DNA of 64,000 nucleotides. Origin: Octopus sinensis. Taxonomy: Eukaryota. Of this stretch, positions 23,470 through 34,901 are shown piece by piece. A program made the translations under genes and the position numbers. The DNA is taken from the NCBI RefSeq assembly GCF_006345805.1, contig NC_043014.1:38502001-38566000 (forward strand). The letters are read 5' to 3'. The notes under the pieces are model-generated. The model was not told the origin of the DNA. It made no database searches and was given only the letters and a program-made list of their open reading frames with translations. The stretch's first letter is position 1; every line of letters begins with the position of its first letter.

Positions 23470-24310
23470 TAATGCCCTGATGCAGTACCAGGCAGTGGTT
23501 CTCATGGCTTCTGATCTTAACTGATTGGAAGTGTTATCAAGTACATTGTTTTGTCTTGGTATAAAAGATGGCCTACAGCAAATATTCTGCTCAATACCAC
23601 AGATTTGCTTGTCAGTTGTTTGACCTTAACCAGTTGAGCATGTCCCTTAGTGGCTGACGATATGTGCATCTCTGATCACGAGCAGAAGTAGTGGGGGAGC
23701 ATCATAGCCATGTGTTGAGAGGGATTCTTTGGGGTTTGAATAATTCACCTCTGGAAACATGGGTGTTTCGTTCAACATCCTTAAACAACCCTTACTCAGG
23801 GACCTTTTGAGCAGGATGGGTTACTCGACAAGAAGAAAATTCTAACTGGGCCCCACCTGCAAGGTCATGCGCTGTTTATCTTGATATGAGATCACCATGT
23901 CACGCACATATGGTTGTGATGCATGTGCCTGGTGTACCCTTATCAGATGGGTAGTCATGATGGGTATACTGGGCTTCGTATATTTTACCCCAGTGTCACT
24001 TTGATGACATGCACTGCTCTCTCACTCAATGATAATGATAATAATAATAATAATAATGATGATGATGATTTCAAATTTTGGCACAAGGTCAGCAATTTCA
24101 GGGAAGGGGGTAAATCGATTACTTTCAACCCTAGTATCCAACTGGTACTTAGTTTATCAACACCAAAAGGTTGAAAAGGGCAAAGTCAAACCTCAGTGGC
24201 ATTTGAACTCAGAATGTAGACAAACGAAATGCTGCTAAGCATTTTGCCCAGCATGCTAACAATTCTGCCAGATCACAACCTTAATAATAATAATAATAAT
24301 AATAACAATA
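22600..24310. repeat. Tandem duplication of an ~851-bp unit inside the FBXL8 intron
   Basis: Identical features are offset by exactly 851 nt (ORFs 23072/23923 and 23178/24029). Units are separated by (AAT)n tracts. Confidence 0.92.
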
Positions 24311-24361
24311 ATAATAACAGTAATAACGTTTAATAAATGTTGCTTACTGCAAGTTACTCTC

Positions 24362-24740
24362 ATTTACTGGTTTCAGTCATTTGACTGCGGCCATGCTGGA
24401 GCACCGCCTTTAGTCGAGCAAATCGACCCCGGGACTTATTCTTTGTAAGCCCAGTACTTATTCTATCGGTCTCTTTTGCTGAACCGCTAAGTGACGGGGA
24501 CGTAAACACACCAGTATTGGTTGTCAAGCAATGCTAGGGGGACAAACACACACACACATACATACATATACATATATACGACAGGCTTCTTTCAGTTTCC
24601 GTCTACCAAATCCACTCACAAGGCATTGGTCAACCCGGGGCTATAGCAGAAGACACTTGCCCAAGATGCCACGCAGTGGGACTGAACCTGGAACCATGTG
24701 GTTGGTTAGCAAGCTACTTACCACACAGCCACTCCTGTGC
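24362..24740 (-). mobile_element. SINE family A
   Basis: Near full-length reverse complement of 31205-31572. Confidence 0.88.
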
Positions 24741-24769
24741 CTATGTTATGGATGATCCTTTTATGACTT

Positions 24770-24975
24770 CATTGCTTTCAGGATTAGCTTAAGGTATTTT
24801 CTCACCCGACATCACAAAATGCATCTGAATAAACATTGCCGGACAGCAAATAGAGACTCAGACATTGCTTAGAAAATAATTTTCATTTTTAACCTCGTAT
24901 ATAGTACACACTAGGGATTTTGACCTTTAAATTTTGGGAAAAAAATTGTGGATTATACTCGAGGATTTACAGTAT
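24770..24975. mobile_element. Partial pogo/Tigger-like MITE
   Basis: Ends TTATACTCGAGGATTTACAG-TA and is homologous (inverted) to 54553-55048. Confidence 0.65.
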
Positions 24976-25355
24976 GTGTCTGTGGAGTGCTCAGCCACTT
25001 GTACATTAATCTCATGGACCGGCTGTAATTAACAGAGGGCCAGTTATTTTATTGACCCTAAAAACATGAAACATGAAAGGCAAAGTCAGCTTCAGTGGTA
25101 TCCAATCTCTGAACCTAAAACACCATATTTAGGGAGTTGTATAAGTCTGTAATGTGTCTGTATTACCTCAATTTTGAATCCTAACATTCTCTAACCAGTT
25201 GTAATTACTTTTTCAGAAGACTTCTCTTACCTTCAACATTATTTTCACCCAGCATGTATATCTCATCTACGTTAACACATCGCTGTTAATTTCATCTGCA
25301 AACTCAAAATAATAATTTTTTATTCTTTTTTTTTCTTTCTTTCTAATTTTTACAG

Positions 25356-26271
25356 ACAAAATTCCATAAAGCTTTTGAAATATCTATCATTGTTACCAAA
25401 TCGCCGCCTTACGACTCTCACTATTATATTTACTTCAAAGAACCCTTTGTTTTATGCCGGTACAGAGTTCGTACAAGCATTAAGAGAGTTGTTTGATACC
25501 AGCTCGTTAAAAGACGCTGAAGAATCCCCGGCTCAATTGACACAGGTTAGTTTAGAGCACCTTGATGTCGCCTATGATGACACAGTCTTTGACTATCTCT
25601 CAGAGAACAACCCAAAACTACAGATGCTAAACATACAAAACCATGTACTTGTTTGCAAAGTGACCTGTGATTGCATGTTAAGGTTAGTTCAGCGCTGTCA
25701 TTACCTGCAAGAACTGCACCTATTTTACTCCTGTCTTTCAGACAATGTCTTGTTTGCATTTGCCGAAAGCAATCGGCCCCCTACCATGAAACGTATGTCA
25801 CTGAAATGTAGAATCGAAGACAAATATCACTCCGATCTTTCACCGGAAGCTTGGTCAGCATTCAGACAAGCTCATCCCCAGCTTGAAGTGAAGCTAGTAT
25901 TTGATCACACCTGTCCAAAAGACCGTGTAATGGAAATTATGCAACCTGAAATTCCAGTAGCACACCTGCATTTAGACACATTTACTATGCTTAATGATGA
26001 AGTGATTCAAACGGCGAAATACTATTCTGACACTTTGCAAAGCTTGGTTCTTCGCACGGTATCTTCAAATTCTTTGAATGAATCTCTCATATACATGGCC
26101 ACACATTGCAAGAAAATTGGTAAACTCTATGTCTACTGTGTCCTGGAGCCATGGGTTATAGAAAGATTATTTGAATTGTGCCCCAAACTGAAAGAAACTG
26201 GTAATTACATTCTCAAAGACAAAAAGGAACCTGAACCTTGGGTAGTTGGCATTGAAGATGACTACTGGTAA
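25356..26271 (+). CDS. FBXL8: F-box/LRR-repeat protein 8-like, coding exon 2 (LRR region to stop)
   Basis: Acceptor TTTTACAG at 25355 joins exon 1 in frame (AG+A=Arg), giving 389 aa. NPLFYAGTEFVQAL, LSPEAWSAFRQAHPQLEVKL, QPEIPVAHLHL and EPEPW parallel vertebrate FBXL8 as I recall it (KPLFDAG, LPNEAW..RRRHPGLAV, QPAVPVAALRL, EPHPW). AATAAA at 26375-26380. Confidence 0.92.
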
Positions 26272-27428
26272 AAAATAGCAGGGTGTTTTTTTATAAGGGA
26301 ACTACTAATTAAAGGGATGATCGTTTTTATAATGTGTAAAAAGGAAAGAGATTCATTTTACAAAATTTGCAAGCAATAAAATTTTATCGAACAACCAATT
26401 GCTTTTATATTCAAGTTATTCTTCATCATTATCATTTAATGCCTGCTTTCCATGCTGGCATGGGTTGGACAGTTTGAAAGGACCTTGTCATGTATGCATA
26501 AGTGTGTGTGTGTGTGTGTGTGTAGGTATTTGTGTATATTCTTGTCTTGACATTGCACAAGAGCTGTAAAATGAGTATCACTCTCATACAAATGATTTTA
26601 TGCTTCGAAACATCCGTGATGACATGTCCTTCTAGGGTGGTGGTGGTGGTGGTGGTAGTGGGGGAATACCCTGCTGGAAACAGGTGAATGTTGGTGACAA
26701 GATGGTCATCTAACTGTTCAAAAATTTCCCCTCAATGAATTCCATTCGACCCATGCAAGCATGGAAAAATGGACATTAAACTGATAATTGTGATGATGAT
26801 GATGGTGGAGGTGGTGGTGGTGGTGATGATAGTAATAAAGATATTGATGATGATGGATGATTGATGATGATGGATGATTGATGATGGTGATGATGATTCA
26901 GTGAACTGGCGAAGTTATTAGAGCATCAGATAGACAAAACAAATATTACAATGCATTCTAAGATGGCAAGCTGCTGGAATTGTTAGCATGCCGGACAAAA
27001 TGCTTAGTGGCATTTCATCTGTCTTCTCGTTCTGAGTTCAAATTCCACTAAGGTTGACTTTGCCTTTCATCCTTTCAGGGTCAACAAAATAAGTACCAGC
27101 TGATTACTGGGGTACATGTAATTGATTTACCCCACCTTCCCCCGAACTTGTTGACCTTAGGCTAAAATTTGAAATCAATCATTGTTTTGTTTGTCTGTCT
27201 GTATCTCTCTGTGTTCAAATCCCACCAGGGTCAACTTTGCCTTTCAATCTTTCAGGGGGGGTCAATAAATAAAAGTACCAATTCTAAGTGCTAGATTACT
27301 GGAATTATTACAGCATCAGGCAGGATTCCAGGTAGTATCTGCTCTGGGATTTGTACAGACATTTGGGAATCAACCTTATATTTTTGCCTCATCATTCTCA
27401 ATAGCAGGGCACTAACATGCAAAGGAGA

Positions 27429-27651
27429 GCTGGCAGAAACGTTAGCACGCCGGGCAAAATGCTTAGCGGTATTTTATCTGCCATTACATTCTGAGTTCAA
27501 ATTCTGCTGAGGTCAACTTTGCCTTTCATCCTTTCGGGGTCGATAAATTATGTACCAGTTATACACTGGGGTCGATGTAATTGACTTAATTCCTTTGTCT
27601 GTCCTTGTTTGTCCCCTCTATGTTTAACCCCTTTTGGGCAATAAAGAAATA
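27429..27651 (+). mobile_element. SINE family B monomer with an 18-bp target-site duplication
   Basis: ACTAACATGCAAAGGAGA at 27411-27428 and 27652-27669. Confidence 0.9.
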
Positions 27652-29398
27652 ACTAACATGCAAAGGAGACCTGCAGAATCTATGCTTCCTAACCCCCACC
27701 ACCACCATCCACTTCTCTCCATCGACTCCAGCCAAGACCACTGCCACCAGTAATTACTTTTACTGCAGAGGGGCTGGCACAGGACCGCCAGCGACTGAGA
27801 ACACTGGTGGACCTGGTTGGCTCTACGCATTTTGGCGACTCTGGGACCACTATCCTGGGATGACCCCAACCCCATCAAACAAGAGCATGAAGCAAGCACT
27901 GCTGAAGTGTTTACATTCATAATTGGTGCTACTGACATAGGAGATACTCACACGCCACAAAAAAAAAAAGAAAGAAAATTTTTTCTTTCAGAAAAAAGAG
28001 AAGGCCATCTCTTCCTTTAGTATATGCTGTCTTGAGATTTCATATGACTAACAAGTCCAGCTTTCGACCAACAGACTCTACAGCAGAGTTTACAAATATT
28101 TTCAGACAGCAAAGTATCTGGGATTGAAGACAAGTCCTTGGTTACTTTCAAATCTTGTACAATCTCTCTTCTTTCTACCACACATACAATCAGCCTAGTT
28201 ATCGAGGCTTTGATTTTTCTTCAAAGACAATCCATTTCATTTACTTTGCTAAATCTTGCAGAAAAAAAAGCATAATTAACCCAACAATTCTACTCCCTAA
28301 TCTTTCTTCATTAAAAATGTCAGACTTCAAGTGTTTACTTTTAAAAATTAAACTTCAAACAATCTTAAAAGTAAGTAACACAAAAGAAAAAAAAACAGGA
28401 TGAAATGGATGGAAGAAAAAAAAAAATCAAATCAAAACCACACAAAAAAAAAGAAAGAAAAATTTTATCGTTTATTTTAATTAAAGAATTACAAAAATAA
28501 AAATGTTCTTAATTTAAAATGATAGAAGATTTAATTGATTATGAAACAGAGAGAAGTTCGTTATTCACATGTCAAGAATTAAATCACACTTAAGTATTAG
28601 ACAAACTGGTTTAAGAAGTTTAACAACAATTGATAAAAAAAAAAACTGCTTCCACTTGAGAAGAGGGACATCCTAAAATTAATTCTTCCTTTAATCTCTA
28701 GTCTCTTCTGATTTACTCAAAACCCCACCTCCACACATGGAATCTTCAACCACTCAAAAAATGAAAGCAAAAATAAAACTGAATGAAATCCAGGAATTAC
28801 TTTATAATAAGTAAAAAAAAATTAAGGAAACTGAAATTTAACTTAGGTTTTAGATAATTCAAATACTAAGAAATTTGCTAACAGAGTGTAATAGATTAAA
28901 AATAGTTGAATGTATAGTTGTTTTTATTTATATTTTCCTTTTTTTTTTGTAAGAAGTGGAGAACTCTGTAATAGAAATAATATTTCTAGTGTTTTGTTTA
29001 TTGTTACTAGTGTTGCTTTTTTTTATACTCTTAGGATTTTTTTTTGGAAGTGCAAATGACACGAAAGAAATTTTTATTAATGAAAAAGAAATTTGAAAAA
29101 AAAAAAAATGGAAAAAAGGTGTTAATGAAGGAAGCTTAGAGAGGTCAAAATAGGGGAGAGAATCATCAGATGCCTAAAGATAAGGTGTAGAAAAATAAAA
29201 TTACAAATTAAACAAGAGAAATATTATTTATGCTTTGTACAAGAACAAATATGTGTACATGTAAGTAAAAGTGAGGTGGGAATTCAAAGTAAGACGGTTT
29301 CTTTTTCCTTTTCCATTGTTTTCAATAGTAAAAAAAATATTTTTTCTGTTTTTTGGGTTTTTTTTTTTACACCATTTTTCTTTCCCGTTTCCATATAA

Positions 29399-31087
29399 TT
29401 ACATAATTACACAACAGCACTTCTTCTCCTCATCTCCCACAACCTGAACAGTTGAGGGTGCTGAGTATTTAGTAATAGTGTCGTTTCCATTCGACATAGA
29501 AGATGACCAAGTACTGTAATTTCCTATCGTAGCCGGGGTCGGGTCAGCACTACCGGGAGCATGAGCTGGAAATTTGCTGGATAACGCTGGAGAATCATGC
29601 CTTTCCTGCCAGTTTGATTGCATATGGGCAGAAGGATTACCAGGTAAATTCGGCAAGATCGTCTTGGCGTTTTCTCCAGTCAGTGCAAGCCTCTCGGTAC
29701 TAGCTCCACTCCCATTGCTGCCACGGCGATTGTAGTTGGCCTGTCTTTGACGTTTCAGATCACTTAATGTACAGCCAGCTGTTCTATTTGTTGGATACCG
29801 TTGCTCTAGCTGGGGCAATCCTTTTGCCACAGCAGGTGTACCCTCAGTATCTGATGTAGGTATGGGTCTGGAAGAATTGTCTAGTTCATTTGGAATGTTA
29901 GTAGGTAATTTTTCTTCAAGATGCACCGATTTCGAATCTTTTTCCTTTCTCTTGGAATCCCTCCCTCCACCTTTCTCGAACTGAGTGTTCGCACTGTCAT
30001 TACCTTTTGGAACCGATGGAGTGTTGTCAGTGTTTCTAAAGGGAATTCGAACATCTATTGGTCTCGAGGTGGAGCTTGTCCCGAAATTCGATGCTTTACT
30101 TGAAGCTGCATCAGAATTCGTTGAACCCTTGACACTATTACCATGTTTGTCGTCTTTTAAACGTGAGTTACTTAAAGCGGGTGTCGAAATATTAGAGGAT
30201 TTTGATGCCGCCGAGCGACTTGCTGGAATGGGTTCTTTCGTACTCTCAGATTTGTCCGATGGAGCAGCAGGTGTTTTCACAGGGGCTGCTTTTTTGCCTG
30301 ACTGAGACGAAGATTTTTCATTCAACTCGGCGCCATTAACCATTTTTTTATTTGACTGTCGTTTAAGTGAATTATTGGCAGATTTATTCACCTGAAGCGT
30401 CCAGTTGACAGTTGAAGAATTCTCCGAACTCTGACTGGCAGCTATGTTGTTACTGCTATTCTTTCTTTGAGAAACCTCAGCAGATGGGTTTCTATTCTCT
30501 TTCAATGATGTTTTAGAACTTTGGTTGGAATTTGTAACTGGTCTTCCAAGAACTGTTTCCAAAGGTTTGCTATCATTCGTATAAGAAGACATCGTGTCAA
30601 ATCTTTTAGCTAGAGTTGAAACATCAGGTGATTTTGAACCTACTTGCTTAATTGCATGATCTATGTTTGTCTCTAAAGGAATTGATTTCTTTGAGTCTTT
30701 TAATGAATTTTTACTACTATTTATACTTTCCTTTGAATTAGTAAGAGGTGCTTGACGTGGGATATTAACTGTTGATGTATTTGACGGAGATGTAACAGTT
30801 GGTTTGTTTCTGTTTGACAGAGAACCAACTGTTGTTGAGTCTCTTCCTTGTGATCTGGATTGAGTCATTAGAACAACCTCAGATATTTTGGAGTGGAAAC
30901 TGTCAGAAGATTTCAGCCGATTAGACTCATTCGTTGTGTCACCATTTTGGTAAGATTTCTGAGAGACCGAGCCAGACAACTGGGGAACTTTGTTTTCTTT
31001 CATATCGTCCATTATCAGTTCTACGTCGTCAACACTAGTTACACCTAAATAGTCATCCTCTTCATCATCATCATCGTCATCTTCCTC
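29399..31087 (-). CDS. PPP1R16A: PPP1R16A/B-like PP1 regulatory subunit, last coding exon (disordered tail plus CaaX)
   Basis: Acceptor TTTTTGACAG at 31088-31089, phase 0. The frame is open for 562 codons to TAA and ends KKCCCVIM. Confidence 0.85.
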   Translation of the reverse strand, partial: EEDDDDDDEEDDYLGVTSVDDVELIMDDMKENKVPQLSGSVSQKSYQNGDTTNESNRLKSSDSFHSKISEVVLMTQSRSQGRDSTTVGSLSNRNKPTVTSPSNTSTVNIPRQAPLTNSKESINSSKNSLKDSKKSIPLETNIDHAIKQVGSKSPDVSTLAKRFDTMSSYTNDSKPLETVLGRPVTNSNQSSKTSLKENRNPSAEVSQRKNSSNNIAASQSSENSSTVNWTLQVNKSANNSLKRQSNKKMVNGAELNEKSSSQSGKKAAPVKTPAAPSDKSESTKEPIPASRSAASKSSNISTPALSNSRLKDDKHGNSVKGSTNSDAASSKASNFGTSSTSRPIDVRIPFRNTDNTPSVPKGNDSANTQFEKGGGRDSKRKEKDSKSVHLEEKLPTNIPNELDNSSRPIPTSDTEGTPAVAKGLPQLEQRYPTNRTAGCTLSDLKRQRQANYNRRGSNGSGASTERLALTGENAKTILPNLPGNPSAHMQSNWQERHDSPALSSKFPAHAPGSADPTPATIGNYSTWSSSMSNGNDTITKYSAPSTVQVVGDEEKKCCCVIM

Positions 31088-31204
31088 CTGTCAAAAATAT
31101 AAGATAATACATTGAACTAGAGTTAAGTTTATACAATAGAAAATGGCATTTTGAAGATGAAATAAAATAAAATGGTAGGACACTTATAAGAGTTATAAAT
31201 AGAT

Positions 31205-31572
31205 AGGAGTGGCTGTGTGGTAAGTAGCTTGCTTACCAACCACATGGTTCCAGGTTCAGTCCCACTGCGTGGCACTTTGGGCAAGTGTCTTCTACTATAG
31301 CCTCGGTAGTGAGTGGATTTGGTAGACAGAAACTGAAAGAAGCCTGTCGTATATATATGTATGTTTGTGTGTCTGTGTTTGTCCCCCTAGCATTGCTTGA
31401 CAACCGATGCTGGTGTGTTTATGTCCCCGTCACTTAGCGTTTGGCAAAAGAGACCGATAGAATAAGTACTGGGCTTACAAAGAATAAGTCCCGGGGTCGA
31501 GTTGCTCGATTAAAGGCGGTGCTCCAGCATGGCCACAGTCAAATGACTGAAACAAGTAAAAGAGTAAAGAGA
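31205..31572 (+). mobile_element. SINE family A, full length
   Basis: GGAGTGGCTGTGTGGTAAG head with GGTTCAGTCCC B-box, internal TA/TG microsatellite and GTAAAAGAGTAAAGAG tail. Confidence 0.9.
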
Positions 31573-31721
31573 GATGTAGCATTGTAATGGTTTGTATACC
31601 TATGAAGGGTTGCATGTCTTTATATAAAGATTCACTGCAAACATAAGAGAAATATCATACAATGTGTATTTTTCTTTTACCTGTTTCAGTCATCTGACTG
31701 CAGCCATGCTAGAGCACTACC

Positions 31722-32110
31722 TCTCAAAGAAGCTTGAGAGGCGGTTGGATGGAACCTACACTCGCCTCCTTATGAGAGCTCAAAATCTCTCGTGGAAGCG
31801 TCATCCAACCAAAATGCAAATATATGGGAAACTACCACCTGTGTCATCTCTTGTGAAAGGTAGGAGAGTCCAGTTTGCTGGACATTGTTATAGAGCTGAA
31901 AACGAGGCAATTTCTACTCTTCTCCTCTGGAAGCCATCTACTCGCAATACCAGAGGGCGCACACTCTCCTACTCTGATGTAATCTCCAGGGATACAGGCA
32001 TCCAGCAACAGGACCTCCGTAATGCTATGATGGACCGTGAAGTCTGGCATAGCATGGTAAATTCCATTGTCTCGACCACGGTCGAACAATGATGATGATG
32101 ATGATGATGA
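31722..32110 (+). mobile_element. 5'-truncated RTE-clade LINE 3' end with a (GAT)n tail
   Basis: LERRLDGTYTRLLMRAQNLSW..RRVQFAGHCYR..LLLW..RGR..YSDVISRD..AMMDREVW is the typical post-RT C-terminus of RTE-type LINEs. Confidence 0.82.
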
Positions 32111-32807
32111 CTACCTTGAAGGATTTTTTTTTTAGTCAAACAAATCAAATCCAGGACTTACATATTTTTAAGCCTAATATTTATTCTAGCAGTCTCTTTT
32201 GCTAAACAGCTAAAGTTATGGGGACATAATCACACCAACACCAGTTTTCAAGCAGTTGGTGGGGAGATGGACAAACAGACACAAAGATACACTCACAGAG
32301 ATGTATACATGTTTACAAAGAAGGTTGCAAATGAAGGATGCAACCCGTATGATGATGACAATCACAACTTCAGAATTGCATCAGAAAATAATGCAAAGTA
32401 AAATTGCATTACTTTCTGAGTCACCATCATATTGTGATGTCAAGACAAGGCACATACACATGCACAAAAACACATACAGGGCTTCTTTGAGTTTCTGTCA
32501 ACTAAATCTACTCACATGGCATTGGTCAGCCTCAAACTATAGTATAAGACAGCAGGGACCGAACCTGAAACCATATAGTTGGGAAGCAAACTTCTTAATC
32601 TTACAACAATGCTCCAAGTATGTTTAAAATGTGGAGGAGGAGGAGGAGGTGGTGGTGGTGGTGGTGGAGGGAATCGCATGTTTTTACATTTCAAATTTCG
32701 GAACACGTTATTGACACACGTATGTACCCGACAGATTTGAGGGAACTGTATGACAAAGGTCAACTCTAATTAGTTACACTGAGGATAAACAACAAACAAC
32801 AATAACA

Positions 32808-33090
32808 AATGTAAAGTATAATAGCCATCTTAATATGGCTAACCACAAAGGGGGGGGGGGTTACTGTAGCTTTTTAGCCCCAGGAGATCATCATCTCCAG
32901 CTGGCTTTAGGCACACTATCTGTGCCCTTATGGTATTTGCATGGGAGGCCATCCCTTTCAAATACCATAAGGGCACAGATAGTGTGCCTAAAGCCAGCTG
33001 GAGACGATGATCTCCTGGGGCTAAAAAGCTACAGTAACACCCCCCCCCTTTGTGGTTAGCCATATTGAGATGGCTTCTATACTTTACATT
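32808..33090. mobile_element. Near-perfect 283-bp palindromic (foldback) element
   Basis: Arms of ~130 nt from AATGTAAAGTATA to TATACTTTACATT, with a 19-nt central loop. Produces the mirror ORFs 32835/32839. Confidence 0.9.
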
Positions 33091-33149
33091 GTCGAGCGAT
33101 TACTGTTTACATCTCGTTCTGAGATTTAATAACAATAACAAAGACTTAC

Positions 33150-33267
33150 AGCAATATGGTTGGAAGAATTTAGGTCTATCACACCAAAATGAGCTGCTTC
33201 TTCTTTAGCTTCCTTCATGAATAAGGCACTCTTCTCACCTCTCATGCTGCTTCGGCGTAAAGATGCA
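33150..33267 (-). CDS. PPP1R16A: PPP1R16A/B-like internal exon
   Basis: TTTGCAG acceptor and GTAAGT donor; 118 nt, phase 2 to 0. Encodes (S)ASLRRSSMRGEKSALFMKEAKEEAAHFGVIDLNSSNHIA, similar to the RRxS region of MYPT3/TIMAP. Confidence 0.82.
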
Positions 33268-33674
33268 CTGCAAAGGAAAATGTAAAGATGAAAAACTTAA
33301 AGTTACTTCAGAAATATTTAACCTTTTAATATTTCAACAGGCCACATCCAACTCAAATATTCTACCTGTTTTATTTTCAAACTGGACTAATCTGGCCTCT
33401 CACACCTACCCTACAATGTCATTCTACAAGTAAGTAATTGCACCAGTGAAATCTTAAAGCTTGGAGATAATGCGTTATTATTTTAAAACGATGTGGATAA
33501 ATAAGCATCACATTTGACAGAATAATCTGAATGCTAAATGGTTAAAACAAGACCAACAAAGAAAAATTGTTTTTGTCCTCGGTGAAGAATATTCTAGAGA
33601 ACAAACAGAACAACAGTTATTAATTATTTTTTAATCAATTATATTTCCTGTATGCCAATTTTGTACATTTACTT

Positions 33675-33905
33675 CAACCTCTAGCCTTTAAGCTGGTCAT
33701 ATCTGACACTAATATTCTGAACATATTGCTTTATGTTCAGACTAGCCAGATCCAGCCTATCACAGTGACCTTACAATGCCATTCTAAAAATAAACAATTG
33801 CATCATTGACATCTCAAAACTATGAGATATTACATGGCTAATTCAGAACAATGTGAATAAATAAGTATTATATTTGATTAACTAATTTGAATGCTAAAGG
33901 GTTAA
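33675..33905. mobile_element. piggyBac-like MITE (degenerate)
   Basis: Right end GAATGCTAAAGGG-TTAA. A related partial copy lies at ~33360-33545. Confidence 0.55.
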
Positions 33906-34336
33906 TAATTCTTCCATCAGTACTTCAGCAGGTATTTCACTGGTGAGGCTATAACAAAGGAGAAACATGTCTGGAGTTGTGTCCCATGTTTGCTCAAGTA
34001 ATATGAGTGAGTCATTCATTCACATTACTTTTTATTCATTGATTTAAAATATGTTAGTATTAATTTACATAGAAGATAGACTGATATATTACATCAGCCC
34101 CACATTACCCACTCCCATAGGCTTTTGTTTCTGTCCTAGATTAGTGGTCGTAATGTCATATGTACACACACACACACAGAGTGGTGGAAGCCACTTATAA
34201 TCATGGACAATGTTGTCAACAGGTTATTGTGATCCAAAATGTTACATGCTGAAGTAATCAAAATAAGCTACTTCCTATGTGTGTGTGTGTGTGTGTGTGT
34301 GCGTGTGTGTGTGTGTATATATATATGATGTATGTA

Positions 34337-34901
34337 TTGGGTTGTCCAGAAAGTTTGTGCCAATTTATAGCAGCTTATCTTTCGACTTATTTTAGAACAT
34401 GGTTGAGTCCATAAAATAGAATTTGACTACACCTCCATTTAGAGCACAGTTTAAGCTATCTTTTCATGGAAGAAGGTTTATGTTCCTATAACCTGTGTTA
34501 ATTCTGTAACCCTTTAAAATGGAAGATAAGAAAGTTCATTTTCAGCACTTGATGCTTTGGGAACCAGACAAAAATTGCTGCAGCTCAGCTGGGATATGTT
34601 ACCCTACCCTCCATATTCACCAGATGTTGCTCCTTCGGATTTCCACTAATTCAGGTCTCTGCAGAATAGTCTTAATGGTAAAAATTTCAATTCCTGGATG
34701 ACGTAAAAAGATACCTTGATGAATTCTTTGCCATGAAACCACCTCAGTTCTGGGAAGAGGGTATTTTCAAGTTAAAGGAAAGATGGAGATGCATTGTGCA
34801 ACAAAATGGTCCATATTTGGTTGATTAAAAATGTAATGGCAAGTATTTATTGACTTTTTTCTTTCCTTTAAAAATTGGCACAAACTTTCCGGACAACCCA
34901 A
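34337..34901 (+). mobile_element. Internally deleted mariner element with TIRs and TA duplication
   Basis: TA-TTGGGTTGTCCAGAAAGTTTGTGCCAATTT...AAATTGGCACAAACTTTCCGGACAACCCAA-TA. Residual transposase pieces: MEDKKVHFQHLMLW, YSPDVAPSDFH and FWEEGIFKLKERW. Confidence 0.9.

Noticed and set aside
29399-31012. 537-aa ORF as a stand-alone intronless gene
   Set aside because: The frame extends 25 codons upstream to a splice acceptor at 31088 and joins the ankyrin exons in phase; it is the last exon of the PPP1R16-like gene.
32835-33063. Near-identical 74-aa ORFs on both strands
   Set aside because: An artefact of the palindromic element.
34519-34830. Active mariner transposase
   Set aside because: The element is 565 bp, most of the DD34D domain is deleted and the remnants are frameshifted.
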